NCBI GenBank assembly: GCA_040882565.1
Contig: JBBEAZ010000024.1
Location: 301,137-365,136, forward strand
Reading direction: 5' to 3'
DNA length: 64,000 nucleotides
Source of the DNA: Dehalococcoidia bacterium
Lineage (GTDB): Bacteria; Chloroflexota; Dehalococcoidia; SM23-28-2; RBG-16-64-32
Part shown: positions 25,825 through 38,365 of the stretch, in pieces
Layout: each line of letters opens with the position of its first letter
Numbering within the stretch: position 1 is the first letter of the stretch
The notes under the pieces: generated by a model
What the model was told of the DNA's origin: nothing
Databases searched by the model: none
The model's input: only the letters and a program-made list of their open reading frames with translations
Translations under genes and position numbers: made by a program

Positions 25825-26964
25825 ATGCGAATCGTCATCTCCCCACAGGAGTACAAAGGCACCCTCACCGCCGAAGAGGCCGCAGCCGCAATGGCACAGG
25901 GCGCACGCCGCGCTCTCCCGGACGCAGACCTCGACGTAGTGCCGCTGCCGGACGGCGGCCCAGGCACCGTTCGTGCCATCGTCTCGATTACTGGCGGCGA
26001 CATCCGCCCCACGCGCGTTCAGGACCCCCGCGGCCGACCCGTCGACGCCGAATGGGCGCTCCTCCCCGACGGCAGCGCCGTCATCGAAATGGCTGCCGCG
26101 TCCGGCCTGGTCCTCGTACCGGAAAACGAACGTGACCCACGCTCCGCCACAACGAACGGCGTCGGCGAGCTCCTGCGCGCCGCGCTCGACGCCGGGGCCC
26201 GTCGCCTGATCATCGGCCTCGGCGGCAGTGCTACGAACGACGGCGGCGGCGGCATGACGGCCGCCCTCGGCGGCCGTTTCCTCGACGACGCAGGCCACGA
26301 GCTGCCGCCCGGCGGCGCGGCGCTTGCCCACCTCGCTCGTATCGATGTGACTAACCTCGACCCGCGCGTCCGTGAGGCCGAAATCGTCGGCGCGAGTGAT
26401 GTCACGAATCCGCTCTGCGGCCCCGAAGGCGCGTCCCTCATCTACGGCCCCCAGAAGGGCGCATCGCCACAAGTCGCCCGCGAGCTCGACCTCGCCCTGA
26501 AGAACTACGCCCGCGTCGTTGCGCGAGACCTTGGGGTGAGCGTGGCGGACGTGCCCGGCGCCGGCGCTGCCGGCGGTCTTGGCGCGGGCCTGATCGCCTT
26601 CCTCGGCGCAGACATTCGTCCCGGCGTCGAGGTCGTCGCCGCCGTCGTCGGCCTGCGCGAACGCCTGCAGGGTGCAGACCTCGTCCTCACCGGCGAAGGC
26701 CGCCTCGACGGCCAAACCCGCTACGGCAAGACCGTCGCCGGTGTCGCCCGCATGGCCTCGGACGCAGGCGTCCAGGTGATCGTGGTCCCCGGTACGCTCG
26801 GCGATGGCTGGGAATCAATCCTGTCGCTTGTCGCACACGTGGAGGCCATCGTTGCACAAGACGTAACACCCGAAGACGCAATGTCGCGGCCCGCTGAGCT
26901 ACTGGCGGCGACGGTCGAGCGCGTTCTCATGGGAGCAGGGCGTCGCGGCCCGACCGAGCCGTAG
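25825..26964 (+). CDS. glxK: glycerate kinase (GarK/GlxK family); ORF track from 25669 trimmed to MRIVISPQ
   Basis: Family-typical N-terminus MRIVI.PDSFKG-like and C-terminal GAGAAGGLGAGL, LVLTGEGRLDGQT motifs. Confidence 0.85.
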   Translation: MRIVISPQEYKGTLTAEEAAAAMAQGARRALPDADLDVVPLPDGGPGTVRAIVSITGGDIRPTRVQDPRGRPVDAEWALLPDGSAVIEMAAASGLVLVPENERDPRSATTNGVGELLRAALDAGARRLIIGLGGSATNDGGGGMTAALGGRFLDDAGHELPPGGAALAHLARIDVTNLDPRVREAEIVGASDVTNPLCGPEGASLIYGPQKGASPQVARELDLALKNYARVVARDLGVSVADVPGAGAAGGLGAGLIAFLGADIRPGVEVVAAVVGLRERLQGADLVLTGEGRLDGQTRYGKTVAGVARMASDAGVQVIVVPGTLGDGWESILSLVAHVEAIVAQDVTPEDAMSRPAELLAATVERVLMGAGRRGPTEP

Positions 26965-27084
26965 GGGCGCAGCACGTGCGATGACGGATCACTTGCGACC
27001 GGCAGACGACCATCCGGTTACGCATGGCCATTGAAGCGCGGACGTGCTGCGCCCCTACTGGGGTTGCGGCTGTGGGCGCCGGGG

Positions 27085-27576
27085 TCAGTCCCGGCGGTCG
27101 GTCGCCGTCTCCGGCTTCTCCTCGTCCGGCTGGAACATGTGGATCAGCACCAGCGCCATCAGCGTCAGCGACCCGGCGAGCGGCACCACCACACTCTCGA
27201 ACGAGAAGTCCTCGGTCCCTAGCCAGTGATAGAGCTGCGAGACGGAGAGAGCGCCCATGTGGATCAGCGCCAGCAGGAAGACCGGCCGGTATCGCGCCGG
27301 GTCCCGGAAGCAGAAGATGTACAGCGCGGCCAGCGGGATCCCCTCCCAACCGAACGCGAAGCCACCCAGCGCCCCGTCGAGACTGAGTTCCCCCTTGTTG
27401 TGGTTCTCCAGGAAAACGCCGCTGCTGGTAAAGGTCTGAGTGAGGACGCCCAGAAGAGACCACACTGCGAGCAACAGCAACATCAGCCGCGGCCGCTGGG
27501 CCAGCCCGATGAATGCGTTCCCGCGGTCGTACTTCTCCGCCCCACCCGTTGCCCCGGTACCCGGCGCGTCAGACAT
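27085..27576 (-). CDS. hypothetical membrane protein
   Basis: 163 aa, 3-4 hydrophobic helices; no family recognised. Confidence 0.45.
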   Translation of the reverse strand: MSDAPGTGATGGAEKYDRGNAFIGLAQRPRLMLLLLAVWSLLGVLTQTFTSSGVFLENHNKGELSLDGALGGFAFGWEGIPLAALYIFCFRDPARYRPVFLLALIHMGALSVSQLYHWLGTEDFSFESVVVPLAGSLTLMALVLIHMFQPDEEKPETATDRRD

Positions 27577-27587
27577 ACATGCCCTCC

Positions 27588-27962
27588 TTAACCCATTCCT
27601 AGCTCGTGCAGGCGGTCTTCATCGATGCCCATGTAGTGGCCGATCTCGTGCAACAGCGTCTTTCGCGCCTGCTTCACCATGTCTTCGGTGGTCGAGGCGA
27701 CGCGCTCGTGACTGCGCTGATAGAGGATGATCACGTCCGGCGCCACCATCGTATAGCCGTGCGTGCGGCGGGTGAGCGGCACGCCGAGGTAGACGCCGAA
27801 GAGGTCGTGGCCGGGCCGCAACCGCGTGCGCCGGCGCTCGTAAGGGTTGGGCGCCCAGCGCACCTGGATGTCGAGGTTGTCGATCGCGCGCTGGAACTCC
27901 ACGGGCAGCTCATCCAGGGCCTGCTGCACCACCTGCTGGAATTCCTTGCGCGTCATTCGCAC
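27588..27962 (-). CDS. zinc-dependent metallopeptidase-family protein (HExxH)
   Basis: HEIGHYMG zinc-binding motif in a 124-aa protein. Confidence 0.6.
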   Translation of the reverse strand: MRMTRKEFQQVVQQALDELPVEFQRAIDNLDIQVRWAPNPYERRRTRLRPGHDLFGVYLGVPLTRRTHGYTMVAPDVIILYQRSHERVASTTEDMVKQARKTLLHEIGHYMGIDEDRLHELGMG

Positions 27963-28014
27963 GTCAGGCCTATTCTACCCACAAGGCGCGTTGTAAAGCC
28001 GCAGCGCGCCTGCG

Positions 28015-31134
<3,120 letters not shown>

Positions 31135-31149
31135 AGTGCTTACCTCCGG

Positions 31150-31460
31150 TGGCGCGCATCAAAAAACCCGTCCCCTGTAGGGACGGGCCATATGGCTCGC
31201 GGTACCACCCTGCTTTCCCCGCCGAGGCGGGGACGCTTGTGTCAGTGCACGGTCTCCGCCTTAGCGGAGAGTTATGCGCTTGCCTCTGCTAACGGGGGCT
31301 TCCGGCCGAGTCTACTCTCCGTAAGGATTTCGGTCGGCGGCTCGGGAGTGATCTTCCGGCGGCTTTTCCGCACCCCGCTCGCACTGTCCGGGGCTCGCTT
31401 GGCGGTGATTGGCTGCCGTACTCGTCTCCGTCATCGCTTTTCGGGCGTCTTCAGTTGTGC
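31150..31460 (-). promoter_or_regulatory. T-box riboswitch leader (Ile specifier, probable AUC in GGAAGAUCACUCC) with terminator hairpin and upstream promoter
   Basis: Minus-strand AGGGUGGUACCGCG T-box motif at about 31195-31215; terminator CCCGUCCCUACAGGGGACGGG plus UUUUUU directly before the GGAGG RBS; promoter TTGACG-18-TACACT near 31465-31494. Confidence 0.8.
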
Positions 31461-31527
31461 GGACAGTGTACGGTCACACGGCGGAACCCGTCAATTCTGC
31501 GGCGCAAATGGACTCACCGTGGATGAA

Positions 31528-31605
31528 TGGTCGGGGTGGGCGGATTCGAACCGCCGACCTCACGGTCCCGAACCGTGCGCTCTAACCTGGCTGAGCTACA
31601 CCCCG
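31528..31605 (-). tRNA. tRNA-Pro (anticodon CGG), CCA encoded
   Basis: Reverse complement CGGGGTGTAGCTCAGCCAGGTTAGAGCGCACGGTTCGGGACCGTGAGGTCGGCGGTTCGAATCCGCCCACCCCGACCA folds as a cloverleaf with a 7-bp acceptor stem and GGTTCGAATCC T-arm. Confidence 0.9.
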
Positions 31606-31785
31606 AACCGGGCGTTCACATTGTACGCGCTTGTCCGTAGGGCTTGCCCGTATGGGCGGCGGCCTTACAAGCGAAACCGCCGGGGTGCGCCCGACGGCAC
31701 ATTCTAGGTTATCAGACGCGCTCGCAGGCTGTCGATGTTCGTTGCTGGGCCGGGAACCGGCGGTTACACTGGCGACAAGTCGCTA

Positions 31786-33183
31786 ATGCAGTCACAAGCA
31801 CAGAGCCGCGGCGGCTTCCTCTTCAACGTCAACCTTGTCCTCGTGTCGCAGTTCGCCATCTACGGCCTGGCGTTTGTCTTGCGCGTGATCCTGGCGCGCG
31901 GCCTTGGTGACGACGGGCTCGGGACCTACTCGCTCTTCTTCGTCGCCGTGCTTGTGGCCGGCGGCGTGGGCAATCTGGGCATCGGCCTCGGCAACGTCTA
32001 TTTCCTGAACAAAGGTGATTACACTTACCGCACGCTGCTGTCCGGGAGCATCGCGGCATACGGGGTGATGTCGCTCGCCGGGTGGTTGTTGATCGGTGCG
32101 TGGGGACTGGCCAGCGGCGCCGAACTGTTCGTCTCGGACGGCACGTACTGGCTGTACGCCGCCGCCCTGCCGGCGGTGATCGGCTACGTCATCTTCACGT
32201 CGTTCCTGCACGGCTCAAGCCGCTTCTTCGCGCTGGCGGCGGTCGCCGTCGTTCAGGGCGGGATCGCTGCGATCGGCGCGGGCGCCCTGCTCGCGGCCGA
32301 TGATCTGACTGTCGGCAACGCGATCGCCGTGTGGTCCGTGTCGTTCCTGGCGGCGGATGTCGTCACGCTGGCCCTGATCGCGCCGGGGAACGTTGACTGG
32401 CGGCTCGTCGTGTCGCCGCCGTTGGCGGTACTCAAGGAACAGATCAAGTACGGGGCGCAGGGACAGGCCGCAAACATAGCCGCACTGTTCAACTACCGCC
32501 TCGACCAGTTCCTGGTCGCCGCGTTCGTCTCGACGGCGGGCGTCGGTCACTACACGGTCGCTGTCGGCCTCGCTGAGAGCGTCTGGTGGATTTCTTCCGC
32601 CGTATCGATCGTGCTGCTGCCACGGCTGACAGCGATGGAGAAGGATGACGCCGAGGAAGTGACGCCGATCATCGCGCGCAACACGCTCCTCATCAGCGTC
32701 GTCGCCGCCATCGCGCTCGTCGCCGTTTCGCCGATCGCGATCCAGGTGCTGTTCGGCGACGAGTTCTATCCCGAGGCGTTCCTGCCGCTCGTCCTGCTGA
32801 TGCCGGGCATCGTCGCGGCGAGCGCGACGCGGGTGCTGGGGAGCTACCTCTTCAGCCAGGGACGCATCATCTACACGACGTTCGCGACGTTCATCGCGCT
32901 GGGTGTAACGATCGGTGCGGACCTGGTCCTGATCCCGCTCATCGAGGTCGAAGGCGCGGCGATTGCCTCATCGATCGCCTACGTGGCCGCGCTGGCCGCG
33001 ACGGCCTACTGGTACCGGAGGCAGTCCGGGCGCAGCGCGTTCGACGCGCTGGTCTGGCGACCGGACGACATCGGCTATTACATGGCGGCGCTGCGGCGGT
33101 TACGCGACCGGGGGAAGACTGACTCAACGTCAGGAAGGGCGCCGGAGGCGGGCGAGGAAGACGAGCCAGACGAAGACGGGTAG
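31786..33183 (+). CDS. wzx: polysaccharide flippase (Wzx/MOP superfamily); ORF track from 31735
   Basis: about 12-14 TM helices, MOP-family spacing, acidic C-terminal tail. Confidence 0.7.
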   Translation: MQSQAQSRGGFLFNVNLVLVSQFAIYGLAFVLRVILARGLGDDGLGTYSLFFVAVLVAGGVGNLGIGLGNVYFLNKGDYTYRTLLSGSIAAYGVMSLAGWLLIGAWGLASGAELFVSDGTYWLYAAALPAVIGYVIFTSFLHGSSRFFALAAVAVVQGGIAAIGAGALLAADDLTVGNAIAVWSVSFLAADVVTLALIAPGNVDWRLVVSPPLAVLKEQIKYGAQGQAANIAALFNYRLDQFLVAAFVSTAGVGHYTVAVGLAESVWWISSAVSIVLLPRLTAMEKDDAEEVTPIIARNTLLISVVAAIALVAVSPIAIQVLFGDEFYPEAFLPLVLLMPGIVAASATRVLGSYLFSQGRIIYTTFATFIALGVTIGADLVLIPLIEVEGAAIASSIAYVAALAATAYWYRRQSGRSAFDALVWRPDDIGYYMAALRRLRDRGKTDSTSGRAPEAGEEDEPDEDG

Positions 33184-33951
33184 GGCGAGCTGCCGGCGGA
33201 GGCGCGAGGGCTGACGGGCGAGGCGGTACAGCCACTCGAGGCCAGTGCGGCGCATCCAGCGCGGGGCGCGGCTGGTAGCGCCGGAGATGAACGAAAACGA
33301 GCCTCCCTCGGCAATAGCCACCCGGACTCCCAACTCCGCCAGGTTCTCGGCAATCCATAGCTCCTGCTGCGGGAACCCCATCGCGACAAGAAGGACGTCG
33401 GGAGCGGCGGCGTTGATCGCGCGGACAACGGCGAACTTTTCGGCGCGAGCGAAATAGCCGTCCCGGAAGCCGGCGATGCGCAGTGAAGGCAGACGCCTGC
33501 GGATCTTCTCCTCCGCTCCGGCGACTTCATCAGCCGTACCACCAAGTAGGTAAACGCTGCGTCCGGCACGGGCGAGCGCCTCGAGCATCGTCCAGGTGAA
33601 GTCGACCCCGGCCATCGCCTCCGGCAAAGGGTGACGGAGCGCGGAGGGCCGCAGCGCAAGCGATCCGAGTGAGAGTGGCAGCTGGACGGTCGCGCGCAAC
33701 TTTCCACCGGCCAGCGAGAGGTAGTGCGCCGCCCAGAGGACGCCGACGCCGTCCGGCAGGCAGAGCGCAGCGCCGTTCAGGACATCGCGGACGCGTGTGT
33801 CCCGGTGAGCACGCGGCAAGAACTCTGAGTACGGCTTGACGACGTACGCCGTCCCTTGTTGTCCTGCGAGGCGCGCGACCTCTGCCGCTGCTTCCAGACG
33901 GGTGAGCGCGTGGAAACGGACGCCGAGCACCTCGACGTCCCGGGCGGTCAC
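33130..33951 (-). CDS. WecB/TagA/CpsF-family glycosyltransferase (GT26)
   Basis: Full-length GT26 pattern (GGTADEV, AMGFPQQELW, LEWLYRL). Confidence 0.8.
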   Translation of the reverse strand: MTARDVEVLGVRFHALTRLEAAAEVARLAGQQGTAYVVKPYSEFLPRAHRDTRVRDVLNGAALCLPDGVGVLWAAHYLSLAGGKLRATVQLPLSLGSLALRPSALRHPLPEAMAGVDFTWTMLEALARAGRSVYLLGGTADEVAGAEEKIRRRLPSLRIAGFRDGYFARAEKFAVVRAINAAAPDVLLVAMGFPQQELWIAENLAELGVRVAIAEGGSFSFISGATSRAPRWMRRTGLEWLYRLARQPSRLRRQLALPVFVWLVFLARLRRPS

Positions 33952-35171
33952 CGCCGGCCTCGGCGCCGCTGCCGAGGGGCGGTCGCCGGCTCGCCGCCCA
34001 GCACCCGGTCGAGACCACGGAACGCGATCTCGGCGATGTACTTCCCGCGGATGAGGGCGCGGCCGTTCTCACTGAGGACCCGCCAGCGCACGCCATCCGT
34101 GAGCAGCATGACGACTGCGTTCGCGATCTCGCGGTCGGAGCGGGCGACGATGAGATGGTCGCCCGGCACCACATCGAGCCCGCGCGCAGCTTGAAAGCTG
34201 GCGACAACAGGGACGCCACGCGCCAGGGCGTTCAGCACTTTGAGACGTGTGCCTCCGCCGGTCTTCGTCGCCTCAACGAACACTCGAGCACGAGTGTAGA
34301 GGGTCTCGGCGTCGTCCACAGGGCCGACAAAGTCGACGGCCTGACTGGTCGTCACGAGCTTGACCAGCGACGACGGCGCATCCCGCCCGGCGACGGCGAG
34401 TCGCGCGTCCGGAATCCTTTTCGTGATGTCGGGCAGCACGCGGGTGATGAATCGCTCGAGCCCGTCGACGTTCGGCTGCCAGCTCAGCGTGCCGAAATAC
34501 AGGATCAGAGGCTCCGACGTGGCGAAGGAGAGCGCCGGCTGTCCGAGGAGCGCCGGGTCGGGGACGTTGGGTAGGATGCTGAAGCGCTTGCTGTCGCTGG
34601 CCAGGGCCGCGAGCGACCTTCTGTCGTCTTCCGAGACGGCGAAGATGGTGTCGAACCGGTTGACGAGCGATGCCTCGTAGCGGCGCACGCGACCCGCCTC
34701 TCGCCGGAGGAGGAAGCCCCTGAGGCCGCTGCCGCGCTCGGCGGCCTCACGTTGCCAGATGCGGTACTCAGCGTTGTGCTCGTGGAGTACCTTGAGGCCG
34801 GAGAACCAACCGGGAAGGTACTGCGCGACGAGCCAGCCGTCGACAAAGACGGCGTCCGGGAGGCTGGACTTGAGCTGTTCCTCGACGAGGCGCCGCATCG
34901 CTGACGATTCGTTGCGTTCAACGCTGAGGGGGACGCGGCTGAGGTAGCTGCGCGCGAGGTTCAAGGGATTGCGGCGTCGGTCCAGGACAACTGTCTGCAC
35001 ACCTGCTTCGTTGGCCCACGCTTGCTGCTCCGGGGTCAGGGGCAGGCGCGTCAGAGCGATCGCGTTGATCTCGTGGCGGGCGCGGAGGTGCTGGAAGACG
35101 CTCCATGTCTTTAGGGCGGCGCCGCTCTCCGGCGGGTAGGGGAAGTGTGAGGTGAGAAAGAGGATGCGCAT
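33948..35171 (-). CDS. glycosyltransferase family 4 (GT-B)
   Basis: 407 aa; C-terminal GT4 sugar-donor binding motifs (E..K.GGGTRLKVLNALARGVPVV). Confidence 0.8.
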   Translation of the reverse strand: MRILFLTSHFPYPPESGAALKTWSVFQHLRARHEINAIALTRLPLTPEQQAWANEAGVQTVVLDRRRNPLNLARSYLSRVPLSVERNESSAMRRLVEEQLKSSLPDAVFVDGWLVAQYLPGWFSGLKVLHEHNAEYRIWQREAAERGSGLRGFLLRREAGRVRRYEASLVNRFDTIFAVSEDDRRSLAALASDSKRFSILPNVPDPALLGQPALSFATSEPLILYFGTLSWQPNVDGLERFITRVLPDITKRIPDARLAVAGRDAPSSLVKLVTTSQAVDFVGPVDDAETLYTRARVFVEATKTGGGTRLKVLNALARGVPVVASFQAARGLDVVPGDHLIVARSDREIANAVVMLLTDGVRWRVLSENGRALIRGKYIAEIAFRGLDRVLGGEPATAPRQRRRGRR

Positions 35172-35180
35172 GCAGGTGGG

Positions 35181-35912
35181 CTAGCGCGCACCCTTCTTCG
35201 TCATCACGAGAATGACGGTGCGAAGCAGGATCATCAGGTCGACGGTCAGAGGGTGGCGGCGCACGTAGCGCAGGTCGTAGCGGACCTTTTCGTAGTGCGT
35301 GAGGTCGGAGCGGCCGTTGACCTGCGCGAGGCCAGTCATGCCGGGCTTGACCTGGTGCCTCTGCCGGAACTGCGCCGGCCACGCTGCAACGATGTCCGGG
35401 ATGTCCGGACGCGGGCCGACGAGGGTCATGTCGCCCTTGACGACGTTCACGAGTTGCGGCAGTTCGTCGACGGTCGTCTTGCGCAGGGTCCAACCGATCG
35501 CAGTGGCGTGCTTCGGGCGGCCGCGCGGGCTAAGCAGGCGGTTCATCAGGTCGCCGGTCGGGAGCCGCTCGGCAAGATCGCTGCTGGCGCGGTTGTGGTG
35601 CATCGTGCGGAACTTGAGGAAACGAAACGCGCGGCTGTTGAGACCGATCCGGTCCTGCTTGATGAGCACGGGTCCCGGCGATTCGAGCTTGATCAGGGCG
35701 GCAGCGAGCGCAAACACCGGCCAGAGTATGCCGATCATCATCCCGCCCACGGTGATGTCGATCAGGCGCTTGACCGGCGAAGTTGGCCCGGTCTCGACGC
35801 GGTCGGGGATTTCTGGATACGACTCCGTAGCCTCCGGGACGGGCTCAGCCGACTGGCCGTTCGACCCGCTGCGCGAAGCCGGCGACACCAGTTCGTCGGC
35901 CGGGTCGCGCAC
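35181..35912 (-). CDS. initiating sugar phosphotransferase (small bacterial sugar transferase, WbaP/PglC type)
   Basis: Bacterial sugar transferase C-domain ([20 protein letters not shown]); single re-entrant helix N-terminus. Confidence 0.85.
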   Translation of the reverse strand: MRDPADELVSPASRSGSNGQSAEPVPEATESYPEIPDRVETGPTSPVKRLIDITVGGMMIGILWPVFALAAALIKLESPGPVLIKQDRIGLNSRAFRFLKFRTMHHNRASSDLAERLPTGDLMNRLLSPRGRPKHATAIGWTLRKTTVDELPQLVNVVKGDMTLVGPRPDIPDIVAAWPAQFRQRHQVKPGMTGLAQVNGRSDLTHYEKVRYDLRYVRRHPLTVDLMILLRTVILVMTKKGAR

Positions 35913-36868
35913 TAGCGTCGCGCTCCGGCGGCGATCAACTCGGCCACCTGCGGCGTGCGCATGTGCTCTACGAGCGCCTCTCGCCAGGGACGCAGCGTGA
36001 TACCGAGGACGGCTGCGCGGTTGTTTGCGAGCGTCGAGTCGACCGGCTTGCGGAAGGGTAGGTTGAAGTCAGCCTGGACAGCGCCTTCGGTTGGCACATC
36101 GATGCCGGCGAGCCGAAGGACTTCCCGGGCCCACTCAAGCCTCGAACAACCGTCGCCCCCACCGGCCAGGTGGTAGACGCCGTACTCGCCGGTCTCGATA
36201 AGCTGTGCGATTGCCGCGGCAAGGTCGTGTGTCCACGTTGGCGTAGCGATCTCGTCTGTGACCCCGCGGACGCGGCCGTCAGCAAACGCGCGCTCGACGA
36301 TCTTCTCCGGGAAACTGACCCGTCCTGGGCCATACACCCATGAGGTTCGGACAATGTAGTGCTTCTCGGTCTCCCCCCGCACAGCGATTTCACCTGCAAG
36401 CTTCGACCGGCCATATTCGTTGACCGGGTTCGGAGTGTCCTCTTCTTCGTACGGGGCCTTCCTCGTGCCCTCGAAGACTTCGTTGCTGCTGATCTGCACC
36501 ATCGCAGCTCCAATTTGCGCGGCGGCCCGTGCCACATTCGCCGCTCCCTGCGAATTCACTTGAAGGGCGCGCCCGGGGTCACGCTCGCAGCCAGTCGTGT
36601 CGGTCCAAGCCGCGCAGTTGATGACGATCTCCGGTTCTTCGCCCGTTACAGCCTCGGCGACAGCGTCTTCGTCCGCGATGTCTAACGGTTTAGCAACATT
36701 GTGTCTGTATCGACGCTCGTGGTGGGCGTAGAGGGAAAGGTAATTGTTCTTTCCTCCCTTACGCCACGCCGCGGCGCGGCCATCGGTCCCCAGTTCAAGC
36801 TGGAGTGCACGCCCCAATTGCCCGTCTGCCCCGGTGATCAGGATGCGGTGGCGCCATTCCATTTTCAC
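35912..36868 (-). CDS. rfbD: dTDP-4-dehydrorhamnose reductase with about 30-aa low-GC insertion near the N-terminus
   Basis: RmlD pattern ([25 protein letters not shown]) interrupted by [35 protein letters not shown]. Confidence 0.8.
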   Translation of the reverse strand: MKMEWRHRILITGADGQLGRALQLELGTDGRAAAWRKGGKNNYLSLYAHHERRYRHNVAKPLDIADEDAVAEAVTGEEPEIVINCAAWTDTTGCERDPGRALQVNSQGAANVARAAAQIGAAMVQISSNEVFEGTRKAPYEEEDTPNPVNEYGRSKLAGEIAVRGETEKHYIVRTSWVYGPGRVSFPEKIVERAFADGRVRGVTDEIATPTWTHDLAAAIAQLIETGEYGVYHLAGGGDGCSRLEWAREVLRLAGIDVPTEGAVQADFNLPFRKPVDSTLANNRAAVLGITLRPWREALVEHMRTPQVAELIAAGARR

Positions 36869-37320
36869 TTAACTACGCCTTGTTCAAGCTCCTCCTGAGT
36901 GTACTCGACCTGCTCATCCTTGAGATCCGGATCGTAGGGCGGGTCAGGATAGTTGACGAGCCAACCTTCTTCCGGACCGATGTTTTCGAGGCCGGTGGCC
37001 ACGTTCTTCGGGATGAAGAGGCGTTTGGGCGCAGCTGCGTCGAGGATATGTTCTTCACGGACCCATGTCGTCCTGCCACCGGATGCAGTCGGCTGGTAGA
37101 GGATGATCCGCATGCGGCCCTTGAGGCAGACGTAGCGCGCGGACCGAACACGGTGCAGGTGATAGCCCTTGAAAGCGCCAGGCGTCGCGGCGGAGAGATA
37201 GACCTCGGTCAGGTGGCCGTCGGGGCTCTTAAACAGCTCGATCAAGAACCCGTTCTCGTTGCCGCCGTGGTCTTTGGTGGTGACGCGCTTCGCGGACTCT
37301 TCGCTGACTCGGTCGATCAT
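36865..37320 (-). CDS. rfbC: dTDP-4-dehydrorhamnose 3,5-epimerase-family cupin (short form); ORF track to 37536
   Basis: RmlC-like cupin motifs (KGYHLHR, NYPDPPYDPDLKDE); 151 aa. Confidence 0.7.
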   Translation of the reverse strand: MIDRVSEESAKRVTTKDHGGNENGFLIELFKSPDGHLTEVYLSAATPGAFKGYHLHRVRSARYVCLKGRMRIILYQPTASGGRTTWVREEHILDAAAPKRLFIPKNVATGLENIGPEEGWLVNYPDPPYDPDLKDEQVEYTQEELEQGVVK

Positions 37321-37324
37321 CGCC

Positions 37325-38365
37325 CTAGTCTGGGCCACGTGGCTTCGCTTCAGCAAGCCGTTTGCCGTACTGCTTCTCGTAGTACGCTTGGAAATCGGCG
37401 TCGCGCACCTTCTCCCACCACCAGCGGTTCTGTAGATACCACTCGACTGTCTTTTCGAGCGTTGCCTTGAAGTCGTGGCGAGGGTGCCAGCCCAGCGCCT
37501 GAATCTTCGAGGAGTCCAAGAAGTAGCCGCGGTCATGGCCTGCGCGGTCCTCGACGAAACGAATGAGGCTGCGCGGCTTCTCCAGCAGGTCGAGGATCAT
37601 TTCCGCCACCTCAAGGTTCGGGCGCTGGTTACCGGCGCCAATGTTGTAGGCCTCGCCCGGCACGCCTTCGTGGAGCAGCAGGTCGAGCGCCTCGCAGTGG
37701 TCTTCGACGAAAAGCCTGTCACGGGTCTGCTGGCCGTCGCCGTAGATCGGCAAGGGCAGCCCCTGCATAGCGTTGGTCGCGCAGAGTGGCACGAACTTCT
37801 CGACGTGCTGGCGGGGGCCAACGTTATTTGCCGGTCGCGCGACGACGACCGGCAGGTCGTAGGTCTCGACGTAGGCGCGACACTGCATCTCACCACCGGC
37901 CTTGCTCGCTGAGTAGGGGCTACGCGGCTTGAAGACGTCGGTCTCGACGGAAGGCAGGTCCGTCGGCAGGACCTCGCCGTAGACCTCATCGGTCGAGATG
38001 TGCAGGAAGCGCTGGAGGTGCATGTTCTGCCGTGCCGCCTCAAGAAGAGTGTAGGTACCGAAGACGTCGGTCTGGATAAACGAGCCGGGCTCCATCAGCG
38101 AGCGGTCAACGTGCGTCTCCGCGGCGAAGTGAGCGACATAGTCGGCATCCGGCATCAGCTTGCCGACGACCACCGGATCACAGATGTCACCCTGGACGAA
38201 GCGGTAGCGCGGGTCATCAGCGACGTCGCGGAGGTTGTCGGGGTTCCCGGCGTAGGTCAGCTTGTCGAGATTGATGACGCTAGCATCTAGATGCTCCTGG
38301 AGGAGACGGACGATGAAGTTACTACCGATGAAGCCGCAACCGCCTGTGACCAGGTAAGTGGTCAC
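37325..38365 (-). CDS. rfbB: dTDP-glucose 4,6-dehydratase
   Basis: TGGCGFIGSN, YSASKAG, full RmlB pattern. Confidence 0.9.
   Translation of the reverse strand: MTTYLVTGGCGFIGSNFIVRLLQEHLDASVINLDKLTYAGNPDNLRDVADDPRYRFVQGDICDPVVVGKLMPDADYVAHFAAETHVDRSLMEPGSFIQTDVFGTYTLLEAARQNMHLQRFLHISTDEVYGEVLPTDLPSVETDVFKPRSPYSASKAGGEMQCRAYVETYDLPVVVARPANNVGPRQHVEKFVPLCATNAMQGLPLPIYGDGQQTRDRLFVEDHCEALDLLLHEGVPGEAYNIGAGNQRPNLEVAEMILDLLEKPRSLIRFVEDRAGHDRGYFLDSSKIQALGWHPRHDFKATLEKTVEWYLQNRWWWEKVRDADFQAYYEKQYGKRLAEAKPRGPD

Noticed and set aside
25552-26715. 387-aa minus-strand ORF across the glycerate kinase gene
   Set aside because: Antisense artefact that also runs through repeat copy E
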